Shown here: one piece after another, positions 1 to 12,179 of the stretch
Layout: each line of letters starts with the position of its first letter
Numbering within the stretch: the stretch's first letter is position 1
Origin: Octopus sinensis
Taxonomy: Eukaryota
DNA length: 64,000 nucleotides
Direction: 5' to 3'
NCBI RefSeq assembly: GCF_006345805.1
Contig: NC_043004.1
Span: 15,066,001-15,130,000 of the forward strand
The notes under the pieces: generated by a model
What the model saw: only the letters and a program-made list of their open reading frames with translations
Told to the model about the DNA's origin: nothing
Databases searched by the model: none
Translations under genes and position numbers: made by a program

Positions 1-289
1 ACTACTACTACTACTACTACACACAAACACTCACTTACATACAAATATACATACATAATACATGCGTATATAACACTAACAACAAAAGAGACGAATGAAA
101 AAAGTCACATCTGTAATTGGCAACACCATCAAGCAATATCCACGATATATCAAATGAATATATCCGAAAATACCTGTTAACACAACGTATTCAAGGCAAT
201 CCAAAATTGATGACATTCAAAATCGTCAACATTAGGGGGCCTAAGGTATCGTATGGGAACTATACATACATATATACATATTTTATTAT

Positions 290-725
290 TTTACTTGTTT
301 CAGTCATTTGACTGCGGCCATGCTGGAGCACTGCCTTTAGTCGATCAAATCGACCCCAGGACTTATTCTTTGTAAGCCTAGTACTTATTCTATCGGTCTC
401 TTTTGCCGAACCGCTAAGTTACGGAGACATAAACACACCAGCATCGGTTGTCAAGCGATGTTGTAAGCACAAACACAGACACACAAACATATACACACAC
501 ATACATACATACATACATACATACATACATACATTATATATAGTATATAATATATATATATATATATAGGACGGGCTACTTTCAGTTTCCGTCTACCAAA
601 TCCACTCACAAGGCTTTGGTCAGCCCGAGGCTATAGTGGAAGACACTTGCCCAAGTTGCCATGCAGTGAGACATAACCCAGAACCATGTGGTTGGTAAGC
701 AAGCTACTAACCACAAAGTCACTCC
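290..725 (-). mobile_element. SINE family A, near full length (tRNA-like head, CORE-like block, internal TA/CA microsatellite, hairpin tail)
   Basis: The minus strand reads a tRNA-like head, then ttgggcaagtgtctt (resembles the CORE-SINE motif), an internal microsatellite, and the tail gcagtcaaatgactgaaacaagtaaaa. It matches the copies at 13.1, 49.0 and 51.7 kb. Confidence 0.9.
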
Positions 726-1298
726 TCTCGCTTGACAACCGCTTTTTTCCACTTCCAACTGGTTTTGGCTTGTTTACATCTCAAAAGCTAGCAGCTTGGC
801 AAAAGTGAACAATAAAGTATCAGATTTAAAATATAAGTGTTGTGATTGGTCTGTTCGATTAAACATCTAAAGGCAGTGCCTCTGCATGATCCAAGTAAAT
901 GATAAAAGACGAATGAATTAGATAGTCATATAGCTCTCATAAAAATAATCAGGAATCAGTATCTATCGGCGTATTGTTTATTTCGTATCAATCAGCTACA
1001 TTCTGTGGGCGAGTACAATCGGCCATTTAATCCCCAGACTACTCTCCCACCTAACCGGAAGTCCCTTCTCTGCAGACCAGCTCGCTATCTCGCCATCAGT
1101 GAAGATCCCTGTCTATAATACGTCCGTTATGAGTCCATGGTCAGTGACCAACAATGTAGCATCTAGTAGGTCTCTACTGAGTTCTATTAGACGTCACAAA
1201 CATCTTAAACAAGTCGCTAGAAATAGAATCGCGTATAAACTTATGTGGTAGCGAAGTGGATAATTTAAAACTCGTAAACATTCGAGAGCTTTGGGTAT

Positions 1299-1512
1299 TA
1301 TTTTCTACTCCAGGTGGAAGGCTCGAAATTTTCGAGGAGGGAGCCAGTCGATTAGATTTCAAGAACCAGTACGCAACTGGTTCTTAATTTATCGATCCCG
1401 AAAAGATGAAAGCCAAAGTCGACCCCGACAGATTTTGAACTCAGAACTAAAGACAGACGAAATACATCCCAGTATTTCGCCCCTCGTGCTAACATTTCTA
1501 CCAGCTCGCCTC
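1299..1512 (-). mobile_element. SINE family B, B2-type tail
   Basis: The minus strand has an A-box-like head (ggcgagctggtagaa), B-box gagttcaaa and a central tttcatctttt cgggatcgataaattaag block shared with more than 20 copies in the window. Confidence 0.9.
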
Positions 1513-2483
1513 CTTGAGAGAGCCTTAGGTATTGTATGAGATATTTGATTGATATTTACGCCAGCACCAATAGTTAAATAGCTAATATTCAGCGAGCTAG
1601 AGCTAATGTGTGGGTTTAAATTCTACAGATATAAAAGAAAATTAAATATAATATTCTGGATTATTGTTATTATATGGTTGAATTCTGAAGTAGGACACAA
1701 CTTATCTAACTATCTCTGATAGCTTGTACAATGTAAAGACGTATATTCAGTTAATACGTGAAATTTGGCTTATTACAGTAGCCTAGTACACGTAATAGGC
1801 GAGAGCTACTACTCTATTCTCAGTCAGAAACCCAGTTTTATTTATATTCATTAATAAATTTACTATGGTCAGTAAGACGTCTCAAAGTTCTAGCAGGGAG
1901 CAATGAAACAGACACTATTTATTTGGCTTACAACATTATATATCGAATCTTGATTTACATTCAAATATGCAGTGAAATAATTTGAATTACAAATTTAATT
2001 AGCCTGATAAAACAAACTACAATGTAGTACAATTGTTGAAGAAAATAAGTATTGTTCTATTTAAAGCAAATGTTTTGCTGTAGGAACTGCTGCTGATTAG
2101 TTCTTTTTATGCCCTCGTGAATAGATATAATTCACCTAAAACTGCATTATGTAAATGATCTTTACTTTCTAAAAATTAAAAAAAAAATCTGAGAACGTGG
2201 TTTGTGAAGCCCGGATTGTTTTCAGATTATATGAATCGGTGTATAGATATGACAAGACGAAATTATATTTATATACAGTTATGCATTAAAAAAAAAACAC
2301 GTGCATCATCCTCTTATATATACATGTATGTATAAAAAATGTGAGTGTATGTGCGTGTACGTAAACACACATACATACACACACACACACACATACACAC
2401 ACACACTCTCTCTCTCTCTCACACTCACACACACACACACACAAACACACATATATATATATTATGATAATATTTTATACGCT

Positions 2484-2629
2484 TAAAGCGATCACTGAGG
2501 CATATAAGACGTCATTGGGAAAAAATAGGTTTTCCCCGTGCGTACGGGAAAACATATTTTTTCCGACGTGGGCTTATATGCTCCATTATTAAACTATTTT
2601 CTTTAGTCGTTGCACGGTGATCGCTTATA
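2484..2629. mobile_element. Small hairpin/MITE-like element
   Basis: Inner imperfect arms 2500-2539 / 2543-2582 (gcatataag..ggaaaaaata..tttccccgt / acgggaaaacatattttttcc..cttatatgc). Outer inverted repeat aagcgatcac / gtgatcgctt. Confidence 0.55.
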
Positions 2630-2693
2630 AGCTTTAAGCTTATAAAATATTATTAGTTACAGAATTGTAGAAATCGACGCTGCCTGTCAAAAA

Positions 2694-2753
<60 letters not shown>

Positions 2754-2756
2754 TAT

Positions 2757-2978
2757 ATTTCTTTACTGCCCACAAGGGGCTAAACATAGAAGGGACGAAC
2801 AAGGACAGACAAAGGGATTAAGTCGATTACATCGACCCCAGTGCGTAACTGGTACTTAATTTATCGACCCCGAAAGGATGAAAGGCAAAGTCGACCTCGG
2901 CGGATTTTGAACCCAGAACACTTAACGGCAGACGAAATACGGCTAAGCATTTCGCCCGGCGTGCTAACGTTTCTGCCG
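2757..2978 (-). mobile_element. SINE family B, B1-type tail ending in (TA)n
   Basis: Low-divergence copy. The minus strand ends ...tttagccccttgtgggcagtaaagaaata and runs into the (TA)n tract at 2700-2756. Confidence 0.92.
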
Positions 2979-2998
2979 TGACCGTTTCTGTCTGTTTG

Positions 2999-3032
<34 letters not shown>

Positions 3033-3133
3033 TGTATGTATGTATGTATGCATATATCATATTAACCAAATTGAGAAAGAGAAGCTTAATTTATACACGA
3101 GGAAAATCAGCTAACTACCCACTCAAATCTCAC

Positions 3134-3192
3134 CCTCTTAATAGGAATTTTAACAGACTCAAAGAGGCTCCCCTGCGCTTTCCCGTACATGA
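3134..3192 (-). CDS. Candidate 59-nt exon (xMYGKAQGSLFESVKIPIKR)
   Basis: Long polypyrimidine acceptor (..ttctttttaccaacag) and donor AGG|gtgaga; the phase 1 to 0 frame is open. No homology recognised. Confidence 0.3.
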
Positions 3193-3894
3193 CTGTTGGT
3201 AAAAAGAATGTATGAGAAATTGAAAAAAAAATGAAAGATAATAAACTATTCGTAATATACTTTTGTTTTAGTGAAGCAAAAGTTTTGTTTTAGTGAAGTT
3301 GAGGATACAAGAGAACTGAGTAATCCTTTCTCTGTATTCTAAAGAAAGCAATAAAAGTTAAGCCATATAGAAATCATTTCTTTGAATCATATGACAATAA
3401 TTTATAGAATCTAACGAATCCTTAGTTTCTGAGAAAATGAACACAATGAAATTAAGGAAGAATTGTTGCACAGTGACCATTATGCACACGGTTTGTAATA
3501 TTAACCAGAATCCATATTTGATTAAGAAATGCAGTTTAATATAGCGGAAACTGGGTAAGATGAAGCTACGCATTTTAATGTGTTCTGGTTATAAAGACAA
3601 AAGAACTGCAACATCGTATTTGAATACTATAATTTAGTAGCAATAAATTTGATCTTCCGACCCATGAACACGTAGTTTGCTATCTTATTTATTCCTCAAT
3701 ATTTCCCTTCAGATGATTATTGAACACTATACTTGTACTATGGCATCAATGCAGTTTAATATCTCTGATTTCACTTCGAAACTGTTTAACGTGTCTCGTG
3801 AATCAGCAAGATTTTCTTTTATGATTTTTATACTCGGTGTCTATTAAATAATTGCTACAAAATTTATAATTCAATAAAAAAAAAATAGTTATTG

Positions 3895-4052
3895 CTTTGC
3901 CGTCTACTGGGGGCTAAACACACAGGGGACAAACCCCGAACGGATGAAAGGCAAAGTCGACTTTGGCGGAACTTGAACTCAGAATGTAACAGCAGACAAA
4001 ATGTCGCTATGCCCTTCGCCCTGGGTGCTAACGATTCTGCCAGCTCGCTGCC
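3895..4052 (-). mobile_element. SINE family B, internally deleted
   Basis: Head, B-box and B1 tail are present; the middle block is missing. Confidence 0.85.
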
Positions 4053-5056
4053 CTAGTTCAGGAAACAATATTATACATTAACTGACTTCGATGCCTGAAT
4101 ATTGAACGGTATATGTTTTATTGCAGTTTTTTTTTTCAAGATAAATGTCTGTGTGTTCAATCATAAACTTTAATTAATAAATAAAGAGAACACTTTCAAC
4201 CAATTTAAGCACATAATATCTTGCAATTATGCCTATATGAAATACAATATGATTTTTTAAATTCAACTTATTAGTGCTTTTTTTTTAATAATTCTTCCTT
4301 ATGTGTTCACAATATTAATTTTCATTCTACATATGATACATTTAAATTGCATTTTTATGAATCTGAAATTTCTTTTCCCTTAATAGTAGCCATTAATTTA
4401 GTTTCTTTTATTAATATTCAATGTGCGTCACAGAAGCTCGTAGACTTGGCCTAAATGAAAATGTATTGTAACCATTACGATTATTAAACACTATATTTGT
4501 ACTATGGCATAAACTGTTTAACGTGTCTCGCGAATCAACGAAATTTTCTTTTATGAATTTTATTATGAGTATAGGTGCAGGAGTCGCTGTGTGGATAGGC
4601 ACAGAAGTGGCTGTGTGGTAACAAGCTGGCTTCACAACCACATGGTTCTGGGTTCAGTTCAACTGCATGGCAACCTGGGGAATTGTCTTCTTCTATAACC
4701 GACCAAAGCTTTCAGAGTGGATTTGTTAGACGAAAACTGAAAGAAGCCCGCCGTCGTATATATATATATATATATATTAATTTAATTAGAGACAAAACCA
4801 CTATTTTGCAAATCAAACAAAGAAAGACTTAATCCAATACATAAAAAATTTTAATATAAATTAAATAAAATTTTATTAAATTAATTTTATTAATTTATAT
4901 TAAAATTTTTTTATGTTTTGGATTAAGTCTTTCTTTGTTTGATTTGAAAATAGTTGTTTTGTCTCTAATTAATATTATATAATTTTACTATAAAATTGGA
5001 TTCAATCCTAAATCTGATTTTCCCTGTAAATTTGGATTTCCTAATATTTATTATTA

Positions 5057-5150
<94 letters not shown>

Positions 5151-5354
5151 ATATTAGGGAATAAATCCAAATTTACAGGGAAAATCAGATTTAGGATTGA
5201 ATCCATTTTTATAGTAAAATATTATATAATATTAATTAGAGACAAACAAACTATTTTGCAAATCAAACAAAGAAAGACTTATCCAAAACAAAAAAATTTT
5301 AATATAAATTAAATAAAATTAAATTTAATAAAATTTTATTTAATTTATATTAAA

Positions 5355-5385
<31 letters not shown>

Positions 5386-5504
5386 ATATTAATATATATA
5401 AACTTACTAGGAAATGGATGCGTGGCCTGCAATTAAATTATTTAATGTAAATATTATATATATATATATATATATACATATGTATATATATGCATTTATA
5501 TGTA

Positions 5505-5656
5505 CAGGACGTCGAGGAGTAGGTAGACAGCCGAAAACTGATGAAGGTTCGTTCTCTTTGTTTATTTGTCCTGCTTCCATTTTGTCTCTCGCTGTTTGTG
5601 TATTTAACTCGTTTGTTTTCGTATTTCATGCTGTTTACACAGCTAGTGACGTCCTG
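5505..5656. mobile_element. 152-bp MITE, Tc1/mariner-type ends
   Basis: TA-CAGGACGTC...GACGTCCTG-TA: a perfect 9-bp TIR flanked by a TA duplication. Confidence 0.6.
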
Positions 5657-5699
5657 TACTAATGTAGACATATATGCATATATATATATGTATATATAT

Positions 5700-5900
5700 A
5701 TAGTTAATCCAAACAAGAAAACACAAAAAAACACAACAACGCGAGGACGTGGAACAAATATAGTATTATTGGACGCTCAGGAAAGAAGGAGGTTTTAACG
5801 TTTCGAGCGGAGCTCTTGGTCAGAAACATTGGAGAAGGAAAGATCCAGAGAAGGGAAGTCAGAGGGGAAAAAATCGCCAACGGTACACACGTGGTCATAT
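5700..5900 (-). mobile_element. Penelope-like pLTR fragment with a degenerate minimal hammerhead ribozyme motif
   Basis: The minus strand at 5792-5827 reads gttt-CTGACCA-a-gagc-tcc-gctc-GAAA-CG-TT-aaaac. The fragment is embedded in (TA)n. Confidence 0.55.
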
Positions 5901-6078
5901 ATATATATGTACATATTTTCATTTGTCTTGCTTATTTTTACACTTTGGTTTTTGGGTGTGGTTTTTCTTGAGAACACAGTCTTCGAGGAAAATGGCGATT
6001 TTGATGTCTATATCTAGCGTATAGGGTGTCAACTTTTAATGGTCAGGTCCTCTAAATTTTGTATATATATATACATAT

Positions 6079-6128
<50 letters not shown>

Positions 6129-6139
6129 ATATAATATAT

Positions 6140-6171
<32 letters not shown>

Positions 6172-6531
6172 TGTATGGCGGCGATTTCCTCGGCAGTCAA
6201 ATGACTGAAAAAAGTAAAAGAAAATTGTAAGAAGTTATAGTCATATTTTTCCAATGCTCTCGCGAATTTTTCTCGGTCTACGAAAGTAAGTGTATAGTGT
6301 ATCAGAGTAATACGTCATGAGATTGTGTATTAGGCATATTCATTAATTCTGTTTATATTCATAAATATTAAAACTGCTTAAGCTGTTGCGAGTCGCTTCA
6401 TACACCAGAGCTGTGTAGAATGTTAGAGAGTAGGTGGTTTAAAAGATGTTTGGATTGCTGTAAGAGTTACCCAATTTACAGACACATACAGTATATGTGT
6501 GTGAGTGTGTGTATTTGTGTGTGTATGTATG

Positions 6532-6562
<31 letters not shown>

Positions 6563-7975
6563 TTATGTATGAAGAGACAGATACGTACATACGTAAACAA
6601 AGACACACTCGCATATATATATATATATATATACACGTATATATATATATGCATACTCTATTTTTTAAAAGGTCATGTTTTATTTAAAACGAATTCTTTC
6701 GTTATTTCTAATAGATCGAGTGACAGCTTGGAGGTTTCCGATGCTTCTTCAAATGTAAAGTTAAAGTTGCTTATTTCCATCAAATTAACTGTTGAATACA
6801 AATCATGCGAATGTTGATTGCTCCATCTCCTCCTCACTGGATGAGTAATATGATGTAAACTCATCACTGGAAAATGTACTTAAGTACATTTTTTGTGCTT
6901 TTATTCTAATGAGAGAAGTCGTTTGTATTAAGCTGTGATAAGATACTCAGGAAATAATATGTATTGATCCAGATAATTTTGATTCTACGGTTGGCTGTCT
7001 TAGCGTTCAGAATTGCGTTCTAACATATATCTCCGAAGATTTTTCAGATTGAATTAGTGCAGTGAGGTTTATCATTAGTAAGAAAACATGAAATTGGACA
7101 CGAATATACATTTTATAAATCTGTGAAGTTTGTGATTATTTTAGTCGCCAAACTATATTAAGTTAAAGTGGATTTTATAAGAAATCTACTTAGTAATGTA
7201 TTTCACTGTCGACAGCTCTTTCAGCTTGCAAAACAGCGATAAGCAGACGATGCAATTGTCAAAGAAAGCTTATAATTTAAGAGTAGTTTTATCTTATCAC
7301 ACTCCATTCGATATGAAAATGAAATTTGGAATAGTCCAGATAGAGATGAGAAGAAAATCTCTAAGAAATATATAAAATCTAAGCTATATAGCTATTTATT
7401 TGACATATCTACTAATATTGATTCGTAATGAGACAGTTCCTGTTAGTGAAAGCGATTTACACGTCGCAACTGAAAATTTAGTTACCCACTTACAACATTA
7501 CTGGCTGAATAAATATAGTACCGTATCTAAAATCATAATAAGTTCAATAATAACAAAAAAAAAGTGACGGGAAAATGGTTATGGGGAAATTGTCTGGAAT
7601 ATGTTTTGTACATTCCATACATACATAGATATCATACAATACTTCAAGTTAAATAAATACGATATATTGTTGTTGCTTGTTCTCTTCAAACAAATCACAG
7701 CAGGGAGGATATTTGCTTTACAAAATAGTGCGATTGATATCAATGAAATGAGAAATTCTAAAGAAAGAAGGATATAATTTGATGTCGTTGTAGCTGATGC
7801 GGCTATTGATTGATATCTGTTTTCAATATAACAACAGTCTTAAAATAGTTGTCTCTCTTATTTACTCTTCACGTTAATTTTCTTAAGGAGTCTTCTAACA
7901 TTTATGCCTGTATATGAATGGATATAAGCTGTAAGCTACCGTTGCACACTATAGAGCATTACATATACACAGTAT

Positions 7976-7987
7976 GATACATACACA

Positions 7988-8039
<52 letters not shown>

Positions 8040-8046
8040 CATATGC

Positions 8047-8086
<40 letters not shown>

Positions 8087-8091
8087 GCATA

Positions 8092-8122
<31 letters not shown>

Positions 8123-8165
8123 GTATATATACACACATGCACATACACACACATGTATGTATATG
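7976..8165. repeat. Compound (CA)n/(TA)n microsatellite
   Basis: Direct reading. Confidence 0.97.
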
Positions 8166-9029
8166 GGTACATTTGTATGTGTGTGTATGTAAGTGTTTGT
8201 GCGTCTCTAATGAAATTCAAATAATACACTGGGTTTGAATTTGTCTGGAATGGAAATATCTATCTGCATGATTACGTTCTTAATAGTATTTGTACATTGA
8301 TACGGCTGTGTATTCTTATGATAAATTATAAATCTTGAATAAATACATTTTTATGGTATTTCGGTGCATGACAATTGTTAATTCGGTATTGAATTTGATT
8401 TATGAATACAGGGAGTGGTATTATTGGATAAAGAGTTTGCTTTCTTGAAGTGAAGGCACGAAAATTGTTTATTAAAGCTCACATATATTCAATCCTATGA
8501 TAACTATAACTTCTTCAAGATTTTGTTTTACAACTAATGTTTTAGTGCGACTAATCTTTACTTTAAATATTAGATTAAAACAATTTCCTGTTTGACCTGT
8601 GTGAAACTTATACCAACGTGTTGAAAAAGTATGCTTTGCTACCAAAGACTACATTAGTTCGGAACAATAGTATTTATAGGTTAAATTATCGTGGATAATC
8701 AGAGCAAATTTACCAAATACTTCTGCTTAGGTGAAATACATTAACGAGACAATTTTTTAAATTATCATTATGTACAGAAAAATTGCTATTAGTAATTACA
8801 TCATTCATTCTAAATAAACTGAAATCATATCTACTTATGTGAATTAGTGATAGGCTAAAAATGAACGGCTGGGTATATTTCTATAGTTTGTACAATGGCT
8901 ATAGTGACTCTAACATGTTATACTATCAGGTTTTCTAGTATAATTTCAGAATTGTTTTATTGCAACAAAAATCCCCTGGGCAACAGCAATGTTAAATTAC
9001 GTATGCCAATCATATATTGACTGAATATT

Positions 9030-9470
9030 TAGATTCATCGAAGCAGCAATGGTAGGGAAGATAATTTCTTTGCGTAATTTAATTCCATTACTTGACTAAA
9101 GTACAACGCAACGTTTATCAGTTGCTCCACAGAAATTGAAGACGGCTTTAATTGACTGACCCAATTGGTGGATTCTCATGTATCTGGAGAATTTAATTTT
9201 TATGCATGTCGCATTACTCTATGAAAAATTTATGACTACCTAAATGTTTTCGTAGCAGGCTTTACTGTCCACCATGTACCACCAGATGTTTTGTAAGTAC
9301 TGTATCATACAGCTCTACATTATTCGACATCAAGCCAACCATTTAATGAATAATGTAATGTAGGTTTAAACAGCAACTTGACACAAAATTTATCAAGATT
9401 TCTTCAACAAAAATCCAACATCTGCAAACTGCAGAGAAAGTAAAGATGGCATCGAATCTGTAAATATGTG
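9030..9470 (+). mobile_element. Possible decayed MULE transposase fragment
   Basis: Fragments in shifting frames (FIEAAMV, EIEDGFN, IYDYLNVFVAG) occur in the order expected for MULE C-terminal motifs (DFExA, EVEDAF, FxDYF). Heavily broken. Confidence 0.25.
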
Positions 9471-9523
9471 AGAATTAAATAATTACTTCATATTAGAGAG
9501 GAATGGCCCATACAATAAAATAC

Positions 9524-9950
9524 ATTTCTACGCTAGTCACGAGGCCCGAAATTTTGGAGGAGGGAACCAGTCAATTAGATTGACCCCAGTACGCAACTGG
9601 TACTTAATATATCGACCCCAAAAGAATGAAATCAAAGTCGACCTCGACGGAATTTGAACTCAGAACGCAAAGACAGAGGAAATACCACTAAAAATTTCGC
9701 CAGGCGTGCTAACGTTTCTTACTTCTTTATTGTCCACAAGGAGCTAAACATAAAGAGGACAAACAAGGACAGACAAAAGGATTAAGTCGATTACATCAAC
9801 CCTCGTGCGTAACTGGTCCTTAATTTATCGACCCCGAAAGGATGAAAGGCAAAGTTGACCTCGGCAGAATTTGTAATCAGAACGTGAATGCGAACGAAAT
9901 ACCGCTAAGAATTTCACCCGGCGTGCTAACGTTTCTGCCAGCTCGCTGCC
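9524..9950 (-). mobile_element. SINE family B dimer (B1 unit followed by B2 unit)
   Basis: Two consecutive bodies with the junction near 9720. On the minus strand the first unit has a B1 tail and the second a B2 tail. Confidence 0.9.
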
Positions 9951-10544
9951 TTCCAAACTATAAAATATTGTCCAAATTTTATTATATTTTTCAGATTTGT
10001 GTAGAATGTGACAAGACTTGTGATTTGTGTTCGCGTTTAATGGTGTCTGGCATCGATGCAAGTTGTATAGAATATATCTTTCTAGTTTGCGGCAATAGAA
10101 ATATATCACAAAGCATGCTAGGAAATAATGTGATTACGAATACATTTCTCTGTTTTTTAACAAAGAAAATGTTATGGCAAAGAAAAAGTAATTAACTAAA
10201 AAGGATTGCGCTTTTATTGGCCCAAAATGTTTTTATGGTGTTTCTCTAACAACTGAAGCAAACACAAAAACTCTGAGATGTTGTCAACTATTTACACAGT
10301 TATAACAAATATTAACAATACCTATTTATATTCCTATGCATCATTCTATAATCTTATAATTAAATGATTATCAAATGCTAATGAACAATCGGGAAAAAAA
10401 CATCCATATATTTTAATTCTTCATTGTGTGTTTCTGTTGTCCATATTGCGGGTATTGTTGTTGATACAAAGTATTCTTATTTTTCTCTGAATTAAAACTC
10501 CACCAACATCAAATTTGGTTTCTATTACTCCTGGGGTTGTAAAA

Positions 10545-10730
10545 TCATCCTTTCTGAAATAGGGAAAGGCTTTGCATTTTGGAGAGGGAGTTGTCAATTA
10601 CATGGATCATGGTACTTAACTGGTGCTTACGTTATCGAACCTGCAATGATGAAAGGCAAAATTGACCACGATGGACTTTGAACTAAGAACGTAAATTAAA
10701 GGGAAGTGCTACTATTTTTTCCCGCCGCTT
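10545..10730 (-). mobile_element. SINE family B, degenerate
   Basis: gatgaaaggcaaaattgacc..ttgaactaagaacg core and remnants of the B2 tail. Confidence 0.7.
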
Positions 10731-11367
10731 TCGGGGACAGTAAAATAGTATCAGTCAAGAATAGGGAGAGAGTTAATCATCAGGTCGCCTAACATTATAA
10801 AAAATGGCTTCATGACTGTTATTAATCATTATCATTATCGTGTTTATGACAGTTTCACGTGATTTTCTCCATCAGCAGTGCCTTTTCTGAGTGTAGAATT
10901 ATGTTTGAACGTTAAATGTAGTTTGTTTGTTCCTGTAGTTTGACTGTTTCCGATGACACTTTGTGTTTCGACTTTTTCTTGAATAGAGTATTTGCGCTAT
11001 GTGTTATGCTATTTTATTCGGTTCTGCTAGTTTTTGTAATAAACTTTGTGGATTGCGTTAAGTTTTTCAAATTTTGTACGGTGATTGAGTTCTTTGAGTG
11101 CTATGTGGAGTATGGCTCCACATACAGAACCTATGGCAAATGTTACCAAAAGTTAAAGCAGATAAATATTTGGGATTGAAGTCAAAACCAGTTTACGAAG
11201 TCCTCGTTTCAAGATTGAGATTTTGGTCGTCCGTGTTTCAAATACCTTACTGTTGCAGATAACTCCTTTCCACAGACAAAGTTGTTTTTGCATCTACTCC
11301 CATTTGCATGCACAGCTGTATGTATATTTCTATTCATCGGTTTATATATCTCTCTCTCTACTCTCTA

Positions 11368-11400
<33 letters not shown>

Positions 11401-11419
11401 GTATCGTGTTTTATCTCTT

Positions 11420-11620
11420 AATTCTTCCAGCCATAAGACTATCATGCTGGAGCAACACCTTCGAGAAGCTTTCAGTCATGTGAATTGACACCAATATCTA
11501 TATATTTAGAACCTGGTACTTGTTTTCTCGAACATTTTCAAAACTACTAAAATACGGGGACGTAAAAACACCAACACCGGTTGTCAATCAGTGGTGGAGG
11601 ACAAAACACAGACACATACT
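11420..11620 (-). mobile_element. SINE family A, 3' half
   Basis: catgctggagcaac..aacaccaacaccggttgtcaa matches the family A tail. Confidence 0.75.
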
Positions 11621-12179
11621 GTTTATACATCAAAATGGTTTTCAATGTTTCACAACCCGTTTTCTCATTAATTGATTTCAAACTATGTATTTACGAATAT
11701 TTCAAATGACTGTGATTTTTATTTTTTATTTCCTATTTTGTTTTGAAAGGAAATATGCAAATGGATTGTGGCTCAATATAATAATAATATGAATAATAAA
11801 TAATCTCTTACGCTTGATGTTACATAGCTACTAAGATTTGCCAGCCAGACACTGAAAATACACGTGATGAACAAAAGCAGCAACAAATAATAAATTTTCT
11901 GTCGTTGATGTGCATATAACTTGAACATTCTTAGTGTCTTCGTTAATTATTGTTGACTTCAAAACCAAATTATGCGTAAATTATCTATGTTTAAGCGACA
12001 TTTAATTATAATTCGCTTCATAAATTATGTATAATTTATTCTCTCTATGAGCTTACCAGTTTAATATTAAACATATCATCATAAATGATATATGTTTCAA
12101 ATTTTCTCATCTTCAAATATTTATCAATCTGGCTTCTTCCAGAATAGTCCAGAGATATTTTGCATACTTGTAGAAAACA

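Larger units (their letters stand above)
4600..6230 (+). mobile_element. SINE family A split by about 1.4 kb of nested sequence
   Basis: Head at 4600-4760 (aggagtcgctgtgtgg..gaaagaagcccg). The tail gcagtcaaatgactgaaaaaagtaaaag reappears at about 6195-6230 after TA tracts and inserts. Confidence 0.7.

Noticed and set aside
6673-6867. ORF with NFTFEEASETSKLSLDLL, faintly like Penelope RT
   Set aside because: A single short resemblance with no supporting neighbouring motifs.
6871-6892. 22-bp AT-rich palindrome
   Set aside because: It is short and AT-rich enough to be incidental.
10940-11179. Signal-peptide-like MLFYSVLLVFVINFVDC
   Set aside because: The donor is weak, the sequence is T-rich, and several incompatible models fit on both strands.
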